Made by a program: the position numbers and the translations under genes. Positions 32,002 through 45,800 of a stretch of 64,000 nt of DNA are shown here, in pieces (position 1 is the stretch's first letter; each line of letters starts with the position of its first letter). The notes under the pieces were generated by a model. That model worked only from the letters and a program-made list of their open reading frames with translations. It ran no database searches and was not told where the DNA came from. Source of the stretch: Auanema rhodensis (lineage: Eukaryota > Animalia > Nematoda); assembly GCA_964057225.1 (NCBI GenBank), contig OZ059894.1, positions 8,494,001 to 8,558,000 on the forward strand, in the 5' to 3' direction.

Positions 32002-33353
32002 ATCTTCCCCTCTGTTGTCGTTAGCTTCCTAACTTGTTTAAACTGCCTTTCTAATAACTTCTCGTAACGAAAAATCAAAGTGGTCAGTTAAAGTTAAGTT
32101 TGTTTTCTAGTTCGATTTCTTGTTGCTCCTCTTACGCAGTGCATTCCGTCGTGCTACTACTGATCTTCCGTTCTATTCGTCTCTTTCTGAAGCCGTTAGT
32201 CAAATACTGGTCCTCATGAACGGAGCATTAACATCTGTTTCAGCTCATTTGTTGACCTGCTTCACGTGTTCTTAGAATTATATCAAAAATAAGATTTAGA
32301 GCTTTTACACATCCACGCAGCTATCTTACTACTGCTTATTTTGGTCATTTAGAAATGTTTTTAATTATTTGTTCTCTTAAATTAAGGAAAATACGTTACT
32401 TTTATTATATCCATATATGTATACCATAAAATATGTATATACATATATTATATATTCTAACTGATTGCAAAGAAAATGACCTGGTCTTATCAATCATCTT
32501 ATTACCATTTAAGGATTTACCGTCACTCTATCTCTCTATCCCTCTTTCTCTCTCTCTCTCTCTTCTTTTTCCACTTATTTCTCTCTTTCATTTTTGTTCT
32601 TTTCATTGTTTTCTACTGTCTCTATCAATACCTGTACATCTTTCTCTCAGTCTCTATCAATCTATTTCTCTCTCTCTCTCTCCAAATGTCTCTATCTCTC
32701 AATACATCCCTATGTCTTGCTCTATCTTTTTTTCCATCATTTTTTCTGCCTTCCTTCTGATTATCTCGCATACTACAATTCCTTGTTCTTTACTGATTTT
32801 ATAACCTGTCTGAAACTCTACTAAATTCTTATTCTCTATCACATACAAATTTCTCTAGTTGAGAGATTAGCTAAATAACTATTGATCATGTATTTCCTGT
32901 AAGTCACAAATGTATAAGGAGTTGAGCTTTTCTGTGTACGAGATGCAAGAGCATTCAATTCAATATTTTGTTTTATTTGTACTATATTTTCTGTATTTTT
33001 TCATTTTGATCGTTTCAATTTTTTTTACTGCATGAACCGATCATTTGTAAATTAGTTGTAATATGAGTAGCCAGTTTTTAAAAAACGTTCGTACTTCTTT
33101 GCTTACCCCTCCAATCCTTACCACATTGCTACCAATACCATTCACAATTTACCTTACCTTGATTTTCTTTTTTTGAGCTTTAATTAAACTTAAACCCGTT
33201 TCAATTTTCTCAATTATTTATTTATTTATTTATTTTTATTGGAAAAATCCATTTTATCCCGTTTATCTTATTTTTTCAAATACAATTCTATTTTTACTAT
33301 TCTTGTTATATTTAGGCAGTTGGACCTTGAAAATCAGTTTGTTAAAAATAAAT

Positions 33354-33355
<2 letters not shown>

Positions 33356-33396
<41 letters not shown>
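33356..33396. repeat. (AT)n microsatellite
   Basis: Direct reading. Confidence 0.95.
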
Positions 33397-33402
<6 letters not shown>

Positions 33403-33984
33403 TATTGACCTTACAATCTCTAGTTCCCTCCCTCCCTCTCTCTCTTTCCCTCTCATTCTCTCTCTCTCTCCCTTTCTCTCACTACTTCTCAGTTTTTTCT
33501 CTCCTATCTCTATCTTATATTCTATATTCTTCTCATATATCGAGAGTCTGACTTTTTTCCATCTTCTTCGTTTTCTCACCATATACACACACAACGCACA
33601 GAAATCTTATGATTTTTATCGCATTATTTCTGGTAATTATCATTTCTGACATTCTTCAAGTTATTTATCCATGTTATACCGTATTTTTCTAATATATGAA
33701 ACTGTATTTCTGTTTATATTTTGCAATTGAAAAGAACTGCAAGTTTTCCCGGTGTAGCTGTCTTAATCAAAGAGATTTTTTTCACTATCATCACAATCAT
33801 GTGTTACATCTTTTAATCTTCGGTTTTTCTAAACATATGTATATTGTTACAATTAATGCTTCCATATTTAGTTTATTAAGTTTTAGTTCAGTAACGTTTT
33901 TTTTATAAATCTAAAGAGCTTCAATTCTGTATATTTTTTATCCCTCTGCCCCGACATCGTTTCTATCTGATATCTATCTCTACC

Positions 33985-33987
<3 letters not shown>

Positions 33988-34036
<49 letters not shown>
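33988..34036. repeat. (TC)n microsatellite
   Basis: Direct reading. Confidence 0.95.
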
Positions 34037-35291
34037 GACACACTCTTTATTACTCTCCCTTAAAGTTTCTACCTCATCACTCTCTCTTTCCCTCTTTACC
34101 CCACCCTATTCAATTTATTTATTTCTTCGATCTCTACATCCACCTCACTTCTACTTTTTCATATCCTCAACTCCTTGTATAACTCTGACCACTTTATCAA
34201 TTAGTGTTTCCGTTTGATATCATTCGTTCTTTTTTCTAGTATTTTGAATGTCGAACGTCTTAACATTTTTTTTGATTTCCTTGCTTCCAATTGAGTCAAT
34301 TATTAGCTTTTCCTTGTTCAATTTTTGATAAGCCATTTGTTCCATGCGATATGATTGCTTCTGACGACAACTTAGAAGATCTCGACCTTTACTATCCAGT
34401 TTTCGCCAATTTAGAGCGTCGGCGAGTAAACAAAACTTCGCCTTGATCATTATACGACAATCATTGACGATAGAATTACCAGTATTCTGTATAGAACTCC
34501 TCAGAGAGAAATCATGCCCGTAAGCAGCATATATTACGTGTACTCCGTAGTTCCTCATATCTCAATGAAGATATGACTAAGGAAATTCCAATCACTGCGT
34601 CATTTCACTAGTTGCTTCTAATTGCACTAAACAACTCTAGCACAGTTGGCATTTTATGAGCCATTCATTCAGATATTCTTATCATTTATTTCAATGTGAA
34701 TAATATCGTTTAGATATAAGATTAATCATAAGTTTTTATACAAAGAACATTTCGCATCAGCATTACCATCAAATAAAAAACATCAGAATGACTCATCAAT
34801 CTCCTGCTTTCGATCTCTGAGTGAAACTTTGGATATTTTGTGTTATTTAAGCTATTCGCTATATCTCTGTTATTCATTTTTCAAGATTGTTCAGAATTTA
34901 GGTCGTTCATTTATTTTTTATCTTTTTATGTTTTTTTAAAAAAAATCATTAAAATTGATCATATACACTCGTCAGAAATTTCTAATATGTCTATTATGCT
35001 GTCCACATTTTATTTTTCCTTTTTTCTTCTTCTTCGTCTACTACATCATCTTTGTCACAGTCTTCTAGTGCATAACGTTGGTCGATGACGTCATGAATGG
35101 TCTTCGATGTTTTCCATCATTTCTTGTATTCGGTTATAGAACTTTTTAATGAACTGTTGACTTAAACAAAGAGTTGAAGAGGGATCAATAGAAATATAAT
35201 AACAGTTTCTACATTACATTTTTCGCTTTTGCTGGTGTCTTTTCGTTTCATTTTGTCCAAGCTGTTGAAAAGTAATTAGAATCCTCTATTA

Positions 35292-35297
<6 letters not shown>

Positions 35298-35340
<43 letters not shown>
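35298..35340. repeat. (TA)n microsatellite
   Basis: Direct reading. Confidence 0.95.
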
Positions 35341-35342
<2 letters not shown>

Positions 35343-38300
35343 TAGAACCGTATAGAATCTAAACAGGTATTTATTCGATCAACGTAGTCGTTGTCTCTGT
35401 CGTCGTACCCCCTGCTTCGGTGTAAGTTCAGCTTGATCTCTCCTATTTCATCTATCTATCACATCCATGTTATCATTTTATTCAGCTTTTATTGTCATTG
35501 TCAAATTGGTTTATTTCTAGCAATGAACTGACGCTTACGCCGTCAGTTCGTCTATTCAAATTCCCGCTTTGAGATAACGATATCTGTTTTTTTTTGATCA
35601 TGTATCAAATGGTCCATTCGTTTAAGCTTATAGTCAAGATTTCGGACAATCAGAGGCCATGACGACGCTAGTTTTAACCTGCCTAACCATTTCGTTATCA
35701 AAGGCTTCTCCTCTGTCATTCCATTCTTCTTAAGAATTTTCATTATTTATTATGTTTGGTAATAACAAAGACGTCACCACAGCTGATGTACCTGATGGCC
35801 ACGAGAAACATAACGTTAACGATGGATATGGAGTTACTAAGATTTGTGAAGGCCAGACGATAGAATAGAAGAAGATATCTTTCTCCTACTTTACTATATC
35901 CCACACATACAAGGTGACCTGACAGTGATGACGGGATTTGCCAAAAGAAATGAGTAGGCTAACAGCCATAAACTGTCCTTGTAACGGTCCGCCGGGTCAG
36001 ATGCGACCTTGACGTCGGCTTTCCGTCGTCGTCGTTGTCGTCGTGGTCTTCGTTATCGTGGCCGTAGCCGTTTACCTGCTATCCGTCGCCATACTCGTCT
36101 CCTTTTTCCACTTCGTTCCTTTTTTCTTGGCTAGTACTTTTTTCTTAATCTTCTCCTTTTGTCACGTGCATCCCTCCACTCATCTTCATGTCTCACACAC
36201 ATCGAAAAACATTTTGATTTTTTATATATTTTTCTCTAATCTATGAAGAATTTTTGTCTCTTCTCAGTCATATACTGCTGGCGTAACGTGAATGTGCTTC
36301 GCAGACTTTAATCTTTTTTTTTGCTATGAGGTATTTTCGAAATGCGATGTTTGCTTACTAGTTGTATATCATCTCTGTAGATTTACATTTCTTGTACATA
36401 CCGTTCACAGCTCCAGATAACACATTCCTACAATCAACAGGAAGACGGGTTTCGGCATTTGTCAGCTTATTTTCACTCCTAATACTCTTATCAATTGTGT
36501 TGGACTCATTAGATATTTATTCGGACAGGTGGCCAATTTTTAATATTCTCTTTGTATAACCTTTGTTTTACTTTTTCCCTCGTATCCCTCCACGTATAAT
36601 AACCGATTTGCTCATTCTCCTGGTTCAGCTTTCAAGAATCTCTTCATGTTCAATATCTTGTATCTCTTTTCATATCACTTATTTCAATACACAAAGAAAT
36701 ATATAGAGAACATGTAACGAAGAGGTATAAGGGTGGTCATCGTCTAACATGCCCCTTGCAGTCCCTGATCTTTTTTCTGTTAACCACAATCATTGCGTAG
36801 CTGAATTGGAGAAAGATTGGCGGTTACGAGAGACATAAGACCGTTAACGGTTAGGGATTCAGACATTCATATATGAAAAGAAAGAACATGCATTCCAATC
36901 CTCATACAGACAAGGTATGCTGAACCCTCTTTCCCCCTCTCTCTTTTTCTCTCTCTCTCTCTCCCTCTCTCTCCTATTTCTCTCTTTCCCTGTAGACATT
37001 TCTCTTTCTTCTCTATCACCTTTCGCTCTCTCTGTTCCTTATTTCTCCCTTCGTTTCTTGCCCCGTATCACTTACGTAGTGTTGGGATCGACAACCGGTT
37101 ACCGGTTCTCTGCACCATCTCCCGTACACACTACCCAGTCTTTTAACCATTCCAACCCTATCTCTGCGATATCACCTTTGTCGTCTCCCCTTTCGTCTAT
37201 CATCATCATCATCGTCGTCGTCTTCTTTTTATTCTTCATCTTCTTCATATTGATACCATCGCATCCTTCACCACCGCTGCACCACAACCGCAGCAGCTAA
37301 ATAATTTGACAGCATTCCGTAGCATGACAGCAATCACAAATTGATCAGTTTTTTCATATTGTTATCTTTTTTTTCGTCTACTATGTTTACGTTCAAACAT
37401 TTAGTTTTAGCCGTTTACCTCATGTATTGACATCAAATCAGATACGAGCATAGCTGTCAAGAAACTTTCTATTTGCCATCCTTGATTGTTCTTCTTTACC
37501 GATGACCTTCTTCACCTGTTTTGATCTTAATCAGCAGCTGCAAGTTTCAGCTTCTAGTCTAACTGATCTATATCGGAGCACAGCACGTGAATGTCATTGC
37601 CTTACGCACTATCCCACCAGCGATAACCAATTTTGGAGTTCAATTCGTTGTCTATGAGCTGTTTTGATTTTTGCTCTCATTCCATCATTCAGTGTTTTCA
37701 TTTTTTCTAACTGCCTTGTTGTATTTTTTTGCATTTTTTATGAAAAAATAGCTTTTTTTGTATTTAAACTTCCATTTATATCAATCATCACTTTTAATTG
37801 TTTCTGATTTTGGAATTCTTCAGATTTGACCAATGTTACCAGAGAAATTGCACATGAAAGAATCTCATTCTCTTGTATTGTTACTTTTCTTTTGAAAAAA
37901 TTTTATTCGTTGTTGTTTGAGGATCATTCCATTCGTTTAAAAAAGCTTGTAAACATGAGGTTTCTATCTTGCAGATGTTTGTTTCGCAGTTCTTTACAGC
38001 CCATGAACAGAACTTCCATCTCTCAAAATAAGCATCGTTCCAATTCTTTTGCTTATAGCTTGCTAATAAATTCGAACCATTTTAATAGGTTTGTATACTT
38101 TTTCTCAAGTGCATCATATCACATTCTTGATCAACATTTATTATTATTCATTTACATGGTCTGTGGTTTTGGCTCCTTTTGCTTTTATTTGAATAATTTT
38201 TACTTGGCTCTCGTTTTCTCATTACCCACATCAATTATCACTCCTATCACTTTTCTCTTTCTACCTACTTTCTTAGGAATTATTGTTTTATGTTGGTAAA

Positions 38301-38932
38301 GCAGCATTGAAGATTTGAATTTATAATCAGATTGTATACTCTTACGTAAAATATTGTTTCGATGCAATCGTTACAACATCTAATTATGTGAAAATCTCAG
38401 ATTTTTTTTGTAGATATCATACTCAGATTATTCATATCGCTATGTTCTCAGTTCATCTACTTGACTCTGTCTGATTCTTTCTCTTTTCTCTGTTGTTCTC
38501 CATCTACATAATCAACCAAGAAGCCCCCAGAATTCCGACGGCCCATTATTAATAGGAGGAAAATTTTTCTTATCTGCCGATAAGAAAATTCTTTCGCATT
38601 TATGGGCTGTTAAGATTCTCTGCATCCACTACACTCTCTCATTTCCTTCCTATCAACTCTGCATGCTTTTCACCTCTCAGCCGAAAGCCCGTTCTTCCTA
38701 ATTTATTTTATTTTTTTTTATCTTTGCCATCAAGCTTGAAATTCTGTGAAAGTTTGAATTTTCACAGCACACCTAATGGAATGTTCACGTACTCTGGCTA
38801 TTTCTAAGTTTAGGTTTTTATTTTTATACAATTATCCTGAACCAAAGCTTAGTATGACAGATTACAACTAATAATTCGGTTTAAAATTCCTTCTCTTTTC
38901 ATTCTCTCCCTCTCTCTCAACCTCTTTATCTT

Positions 38933-38934
<2 letters not shown>

Positions 38935-38963
<29 letters not shown>
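38935..38963. repeat. (TC)n microsatellite
   Basis: Direct reading. Confidence 0.9.
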
Positions 38964-38965
<2 letters not shown>

Positions 38966-40859
38966 CAACCTACATAACTACCTAACTAATTCTATCTCTT
39001 TCCCTTTGCTATATCTTTAGCTTTTTGACTAAGAAACTTTTTTCTGTTCGGCATAAGCAAATATAGATAATAATCCAATCAGCAATCTCTTTGCTCATTT
39101 CCAGTAATTGGTTTTGATAATCAGCTGAATAGTATACTTTGTCATTCTCCCTCCTCTCTCACCGATACGTTTTTCTTTTTTTTCTATTTTTCAGCAGCTA
39201 TTCTTTCTATTAATCTGTCTGGCTACCGTTTTCAATCGCCTTGTCTGGCGCTTTGTCCTCATTCTTTGAGAAGTTCAACAAGCTTTACTCACAATACAAA
39301 CTTAGATTTTTACGTTTTCAAAATGTTTCTATATCGATTATATGATGTCTATTCTCTGTTGTGATTACATTTTTCTTTCATTTTTTATTTCACCTATATA
39401 GATATATTCTTTAGTTTTATTTTTCTTCTCGCTTTTTTTACATCTTTTCATCTAAATTTGTTTTTTTTCTTTACCTCTCTCTCTCTACCGCCCCATCATC
39501 TCTCTCTCTATCTCTCTCTCTCCCCCCCCTCTCTCTCTCTCTCCCTGGTTAATTCATTTTTCCTATCCTCTTCCATATTCTCATATCTCTTGTTCTTCTG
39601 CAGTTTTTGAATTCGGTCTATTTTCTTCGATGTTACTCATTGATTATTTTATATCATAACACAATACATTATGTTAATCTTTTTACTATTGTATTTCAAC
39701 ATTCTTATATAATTTTATACTTTATTTATATGTCTTGATTAATATCATCTGTTGTTTTAATAGCTTAAACGCTCCTTGCTTTTAAATTCTATTTTTTTTG
39801 TATACACTAAGACGTTTTAACTATCTACAATGTAGCACTCACTTCTACTCTTTGAGTTTTTTCTTTCTCTTCCCTTTACAGTCGCTTTTTGCATATTTTC
39901 TGGATATACAACATTATTATTCTAAAAATATTCTTATGATTAAGTTCAAACTATATTTACTGGTTTGTTACTTCTTCTTCCCATTATCTTTATGCAATTT
40001 TGCTAACAACATGACTAATAGTTGTGCCATAAAACAGTTAAACTTTCTGTTGCATCTCTATTTTCATTTTCTAATTTTATAGAAATGAATTAACCTATAG
40101 CTTTAGATGAGCAAAGCAATCATGTTCTAACTATATCAAAGAGCAAGTTGTAGTGTTTACGCTTAATGTTCCGAAAGTCTAGTGTGTGCATTTCCTCGTT
40201 ACCTCTCTTGTTCTCAACTTAATATTTCACTTGAACTGTGTGTGTAATCAAGTTATCATCATCATTTAACTGTTTGTGTGGAAATTACATAAAAAGTGAT
40301 GTTCAAAACGTTTCAAAAATCATCTGGAACATTCCTGAGAATCTTTCATAATTATTTTGTCTAAGTCCTGGTGATAAATTCGAAGACGCCGGACACCGAA
40401 AGACGGAAAGACAGTAACATTCACAGATAGCCGTCAACATTCCTAGCTCAGATCGATTTCTTGTTCTTATCGATAAAGATAAGAGAAAATTACAAGAAAA
40501 TCAGCTAAAACTCCTATTCTATGTTTCTGAAAATTTATAATAGAAAAAGGAGAATGTTGGCTCGCATATTAAATTTATTATTATTTGTAATATTTTGTCT
40601 TCTCATCGAATTCAAAATTTATATCAAATTCCACATATGTTTCAAATATTTTTTATAAACATTTCTCAATTCTTGTCGCTATCAGCACATGTAATAGAAA
40701 GGAATAGCGTTCGGCTTTTCCTTTTTCCAATCAAGCTGCATGTGGCTGCGTTATAGTTTTCCTTCACTCTTTATAAGAATGATGGAATGCCAAAGTAACG
40801 ATGAAAAGTCGAATAGTTATCTTCTGTATGTGAGACATCGATAGAGAAAAAGAATGAAG

Positions 40860-40876
40860 GAGAGAGAGAGAAAGAT

Positions 40877-40942
<66 letters not shown>
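40860..40942. repeat. (GA)n microsatellite
   Basis: Direct reading. Confidence 0.95.
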
Positions 40943-40946
<4 letters not shown>

Positions 40947-41797
40947 GAAAGTTAGTCTTATGTGTAAAATTATTACAGTAATGTTTCATACACACACATA
41001 CATACACACATATGTATACCATTCACATTTTTAGAAGACGTAATATGATTCGTTCTTGCTACTTACGAATATATGTTCATGAACACTTGCCCTCGTCTTA
41101 TTGTTAAACTGTTGAATATCATCACGCTCTCTTGAAGCTTTCTGTTTGCCTTTGACGATCATAACCAAAACTGTCTATCCCACAATAATCTGTGATCATT
41201 TGTTGATGTTGGCTTGGCTACTGGCCAGTTAATAAGTACTGGTAGTTTGAAACACTGAGAATCGGAAGAGGCTCTGGCAAAGAGACACCTCTTCATCCGA
41301 TTCATGTTGTTTAGTTGATATGCGTCGAAATGCTGTTGCTTGCAAATTCCACAGGTATTTGTTATTAAAGCTCTAATACAGCTTTGCAAGCTGCAAAAAA
41401 CCAAAACTCCCTCTAATCAACATTTTTGCAAAAAGGTATTTCAAGTCGTTAACAGTTCAGTGTGAAAAGCAAATCCTGCACCGCCACTAGTACTCTCACT
41501 TTCTCTGATTTGTTCTTAATCTCCTTAATCTACTATCAGCTTTCTGCATTTTTTCGCATCGTTTCATTAACATTCAGAACGTGTCTAAGTTGTTCATATG
41601 TAGTCAGTTGATTTACCTGCTGTCAATTTTATTGCTCGAAGATATTTTAAACCCGTGACAAGCTTTATGTTGTTGATTTTGGTTTTTTTTTGTTTTTTTT
41701 CCTTCTCATATGTTATTTCGTCTAGATACTTTGTGAATATATAGAGATAGATAGATATATTTTCATTCATTTCAGTACAAGATTGAATGCGCAGGTA

Positions 41798-42811
41798 ATG
41801 GAATCACCGTGCTCGACGCCGAGCTCCAGTCGGTCGCGCGGCGTCACCAACGACAGCGCAACCTCATCACGACTGCCACATCATCTTCTGCAACCATCCT
41901 CAAGCAACTCAGGTAAATATTTCGAATGTTTTTTCTACTTTGAAGCATTCTGAAGTATTTATTCATTTATGATCAAAGTTTTACAACGGATTGATATATC
42001 CACCATTATCTATTCTAACATGATGACAACGAATATCAAATTAGCTTTTCATTTTTTCACAATGTCAATCCTACGTTCATAAATCAATATAAGAGTATTG
42101 TCACATACATATCATACATAGTTTCTTGAATATCTTGTGATATCAAACTATGTAATCTATTCAATTAGATCACGTTATTTTTGTCTTTTATGCCTGAGAG
42201 TACATAAAAGTATCCTAGACTAATGGGGGGGGGGGACTACAGATGTCAAGGACAACCCGAGTTTCATGGTTTCTCAGGTTATTATAAAGATTTTTGCCAA
42301 TTATCATTGTTATTATATATCTATATTAAATCAAATAAATTCCGATGATTAGTCATATATACTATCACTCATAAGCTACTCGTACCCTCTGGAAAACGGA
42401 GCAATCATAATAAACTAACTGATTACTCATAGAAACAAATAAATCAACAATAAGCTAATCGTACACATTAAATTTGGCCAATATAATTCTTACCTGCTTA
42501 CTCATATTCCTATATTTCAGGCCCTGCTGTGCATTCTACGTCAGAACATAGTATTCGTCCTGGTCAACCATACGTCACTGTACAAACTCTGAATAAAGAA
42601 AATCTGGTTATCGTAGTTAATGTAAGTTTTATTTTTTAATTTTCTTTCCTTCCTCTCTTTTTTCTATGAATTTTTACATGAATGAATGAAGCTTATTAAT
42701 TAGCATAGATAGTATTTTCACGTGTAAAATAGGCGCGTGACTTAGTTTTCTAGTTTAATCATCCAGTGAACGGTTGCTTTTTAATTCATCTTTTTTTTAT
42801 TTAATTCATTG

Positions 42812-42853
<42 letters not shown>

Positions 42854-45800
42854 ATTATTTTCTGTTTATAATTCTTATGTAAAAAAGTTATCAGTTTTAT
42901 TACATAGGATTATCAGTCGTCAAATTCTTAAAATTATATTCTCTTACATGATGTATTATCAGTTGAGAAATTTGATACATCATGAGCTACAACTTCTAGT
43001 TCAGTTCTTTATTTAAATGTTTTTTTTCAGCAAAAAACCCGCGTTCATGATATTCTGTGGAAATGCGGGGAAATTCTTGAAATAACAGAAGATAAACTGT
43101 TTGGATTAGCCTTACGACAACCAACAGATGGTATAGGTATAGCCTATAATCAAGTCTATAATTATAACTTTTAAAGCATATTTAGGAGGAGATCAACCAC
43201 GACATGAATATTTTTTTCTGGATCCCGCCCAGAAAATCTTCAAATATGCGCCAAAGCAACCTCGATTTTCTAACTGGGTAAGTAAGCTTCTTCTTCTCAA
43301 TGTTGACTGACTTGTCATAATTTCCATTCTTCAGCATAATCGAAGTACGGAAAATCGACCGTTGCTAGTTTTGTATTTTCGAGTCCGTGTGTACATAGAA
43401 CAAGTACGGTTAATTACGTAAGTATATTATATTCATTTTTTCAAATCGTTTTTGAGTAACTATCGATTAAAGTCATCTTTGAATAAGAAACACAGATAGG
43501 AAATGATAAAGAGGGTGAGATTGGATGCTTGATTTCGGGATCATTTTCTGATCAACGTATGTGAAATAGAATACAGAAAGACACCGAGGGAAATTCTAAA
43601 TCATATCATATCATATTTCATATTGTATTTAAAAGACAAAGCAAAGGCGTTAGAATATGAGAGATAACATTCCATGATCATCTTTGGCTTCATACCAATT
43701 TCGCTTTCAATAACGGTCTGGAAGGTATCATTTCATGATATTGGTTTCGGAATTTCTTTTCTCTTTCTCATCGTTATAGAACATGTTCTAACATAGATCT
43801 ATTATCCCTTTCTTATATCTTTATATGTATATATGTATACATATAATTAGAAAGAGAGAGGGAGAGAGAGAGAAAATCTGTGGGATCCATACGCAAATTA
43901 TAGGCAACTTGTTCACTCTAGTCACTGTTGATTTCAATTTCTTCGATTTTAAGAAATATAAATATCCACCAAATCCTCATATGATATGCAAAGCGCAACC
44001 TTAATTTGAATTAAATAATAAATAAAAATTTATTTCAAGAGGGAATTGATATGATTAATTTCGGAAAATGGGGGAATGCAAATGAAAATACTTTTCTTTA
44101 ACTACCATATAAAGATATAATATCTCATCATATACTTTCATCATTTGTTTTTCAGATGTTCGAGAGCATTAGAACATTACTATTTGCAATTAAAAGATAA
44201 TTTTCTGGACCAATGGTCTGGACGACATAGTGTATCTGAAGGCCGATGTTGGGAAATGGCGTCCCTCGCGTTAAGAGCCGATAAAGGGGATAACCCTGGA
44301 GGGTATGACCTGATAATACAATAGCCTTTTCTTACCATAATGTCTTTTAGCTATTTTCGTGCAGAACAGTACTTTCCAATGTGGGTAATAGATTTCCGTG
44401 GTTTGGAATACGTGCGTAAACATATGCCAACAGCTTTTGATGATCTCAAAGACCTCTCTAAGAAAGATGCCATGACTCAGTTTTGTCTAGAAGCTTGTCG
44501 GTATGTTTATTAACTAAACAAGCGTTATTTTATTTACATTCTTATAGATCCCCCTTTGCCTTAAACTGTCATTTGTATGCTTTACGACGGCACAAAATGG
44601 ACAGTGTAGATAATGCTGTTATTGGAATAAATGCCAAGTAAGGCTAAAAATATGAATAAATAACTATTTTATCCTTTTTCAGAGGAATTGAGATATGTGA
44701 TATTGGAAAAGAGTTTGAACGAGTACCGCTACGGTCATTGACTTGGAGTCGAGTGACCCGGCTTTCTTTCGATAGAAAGAAACTTACGATAGTTGGAGCG
44801 GATGGCACAAAGATGTCGCTATATGCTCAGAGCGAACATAAAGCGAAGTAAGAAAACTTGAAAATAAACTTTATGCTTATAACATGTTTCTCCAGATATC
44901 TGTTAGAACTGTGTCGTGCTGTACATCAGACCCTTCTTGTATTTTCACATCAAACGGCTCGCAATGCTCCTTTGCCACAGCCATTCCTGGAAAAAAGTGT
45001 AGATAGATTGTCAGCCTCATCAGCATCCGGGGCTGTCACAAACGATAACGGTAAACTTTCTACAAAAGGGTCGCAAAGAAAGAATTCCTTTTTTCAGATT
45101 CTGATTCAGTTGTACAAGATTCAATGAGTAGTTGTGATAGAGGACAAGGATCAGTAAACTCGAAACATCGTATTCGAGTTAAACTTGATTCAAATTTAGA
45201 GCTTAAAATCGAAAAAATGGAACTCGAGAGTAAGACTAATTTGTTTTTAACTGTTTTTTTATTTGTAGAATTCAGGTATTCGACAGGAAAGAGCAGCCAG
45301 TCAATCATCAAAGGCATCTGAAAGCAGTGAGCATCGAACATCCGATATCACATCTTTCCCGACAGACGATGAAGTACAGTTCTCAATTCCTTCAGTTGAG
45401 ATTATTCAACTACCTTCTGCTAATTCTTCTGCTTCCACCACAGAATCCACTACAACGTAGTAAGCATTACAGACCATTACTCATAATTACATAAACTATT
45501 CAGTCGGCCGTCCTCTGTTGATTCTGCTTCTCAAACAGTTGAGACAGGTACTCGGATTGGTCAAGTGGATTTTAACTTCAATAACAAGCTAGATCATATT
45601 GAGCATGATGGGTTTGCTTCTTCTGCTACTTTCGGCAACATGGTATTCATGGTACAAATTTTAAAAAACACATAAATCTTCAATGAAATATTTGCAGCCT
45701 GAAGCACAGTATGCTAGCTCTGCTGGATCTAGAAGCGATTCAGTTCAGCAATCTAATGAAATGCTTCCTGATCTTATGATAAACAGTTATCATCATCATG

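Noticed and set aside
35552-35743. SWP...NLDY resembling the Tc1/mariner WP-SPDLNP motif; also FDEK in the 3099-3365 ORF
   Set aside because: Similarity is too weak, with no DDE context or TIRs.
38565-38588. Hairpin TTTTCTTATC-TGCC-GATAAGAAAA
   Set aside because: Short and AT-rich, plausibly chance or inverted GATA sites. Too little to call an RNA.
31893-41022. Many short ORFs rich in LSLSLS/ERERER/YIYIYI
   Set aside because: Translations of microsatellites and T-rich non-coding DNA.
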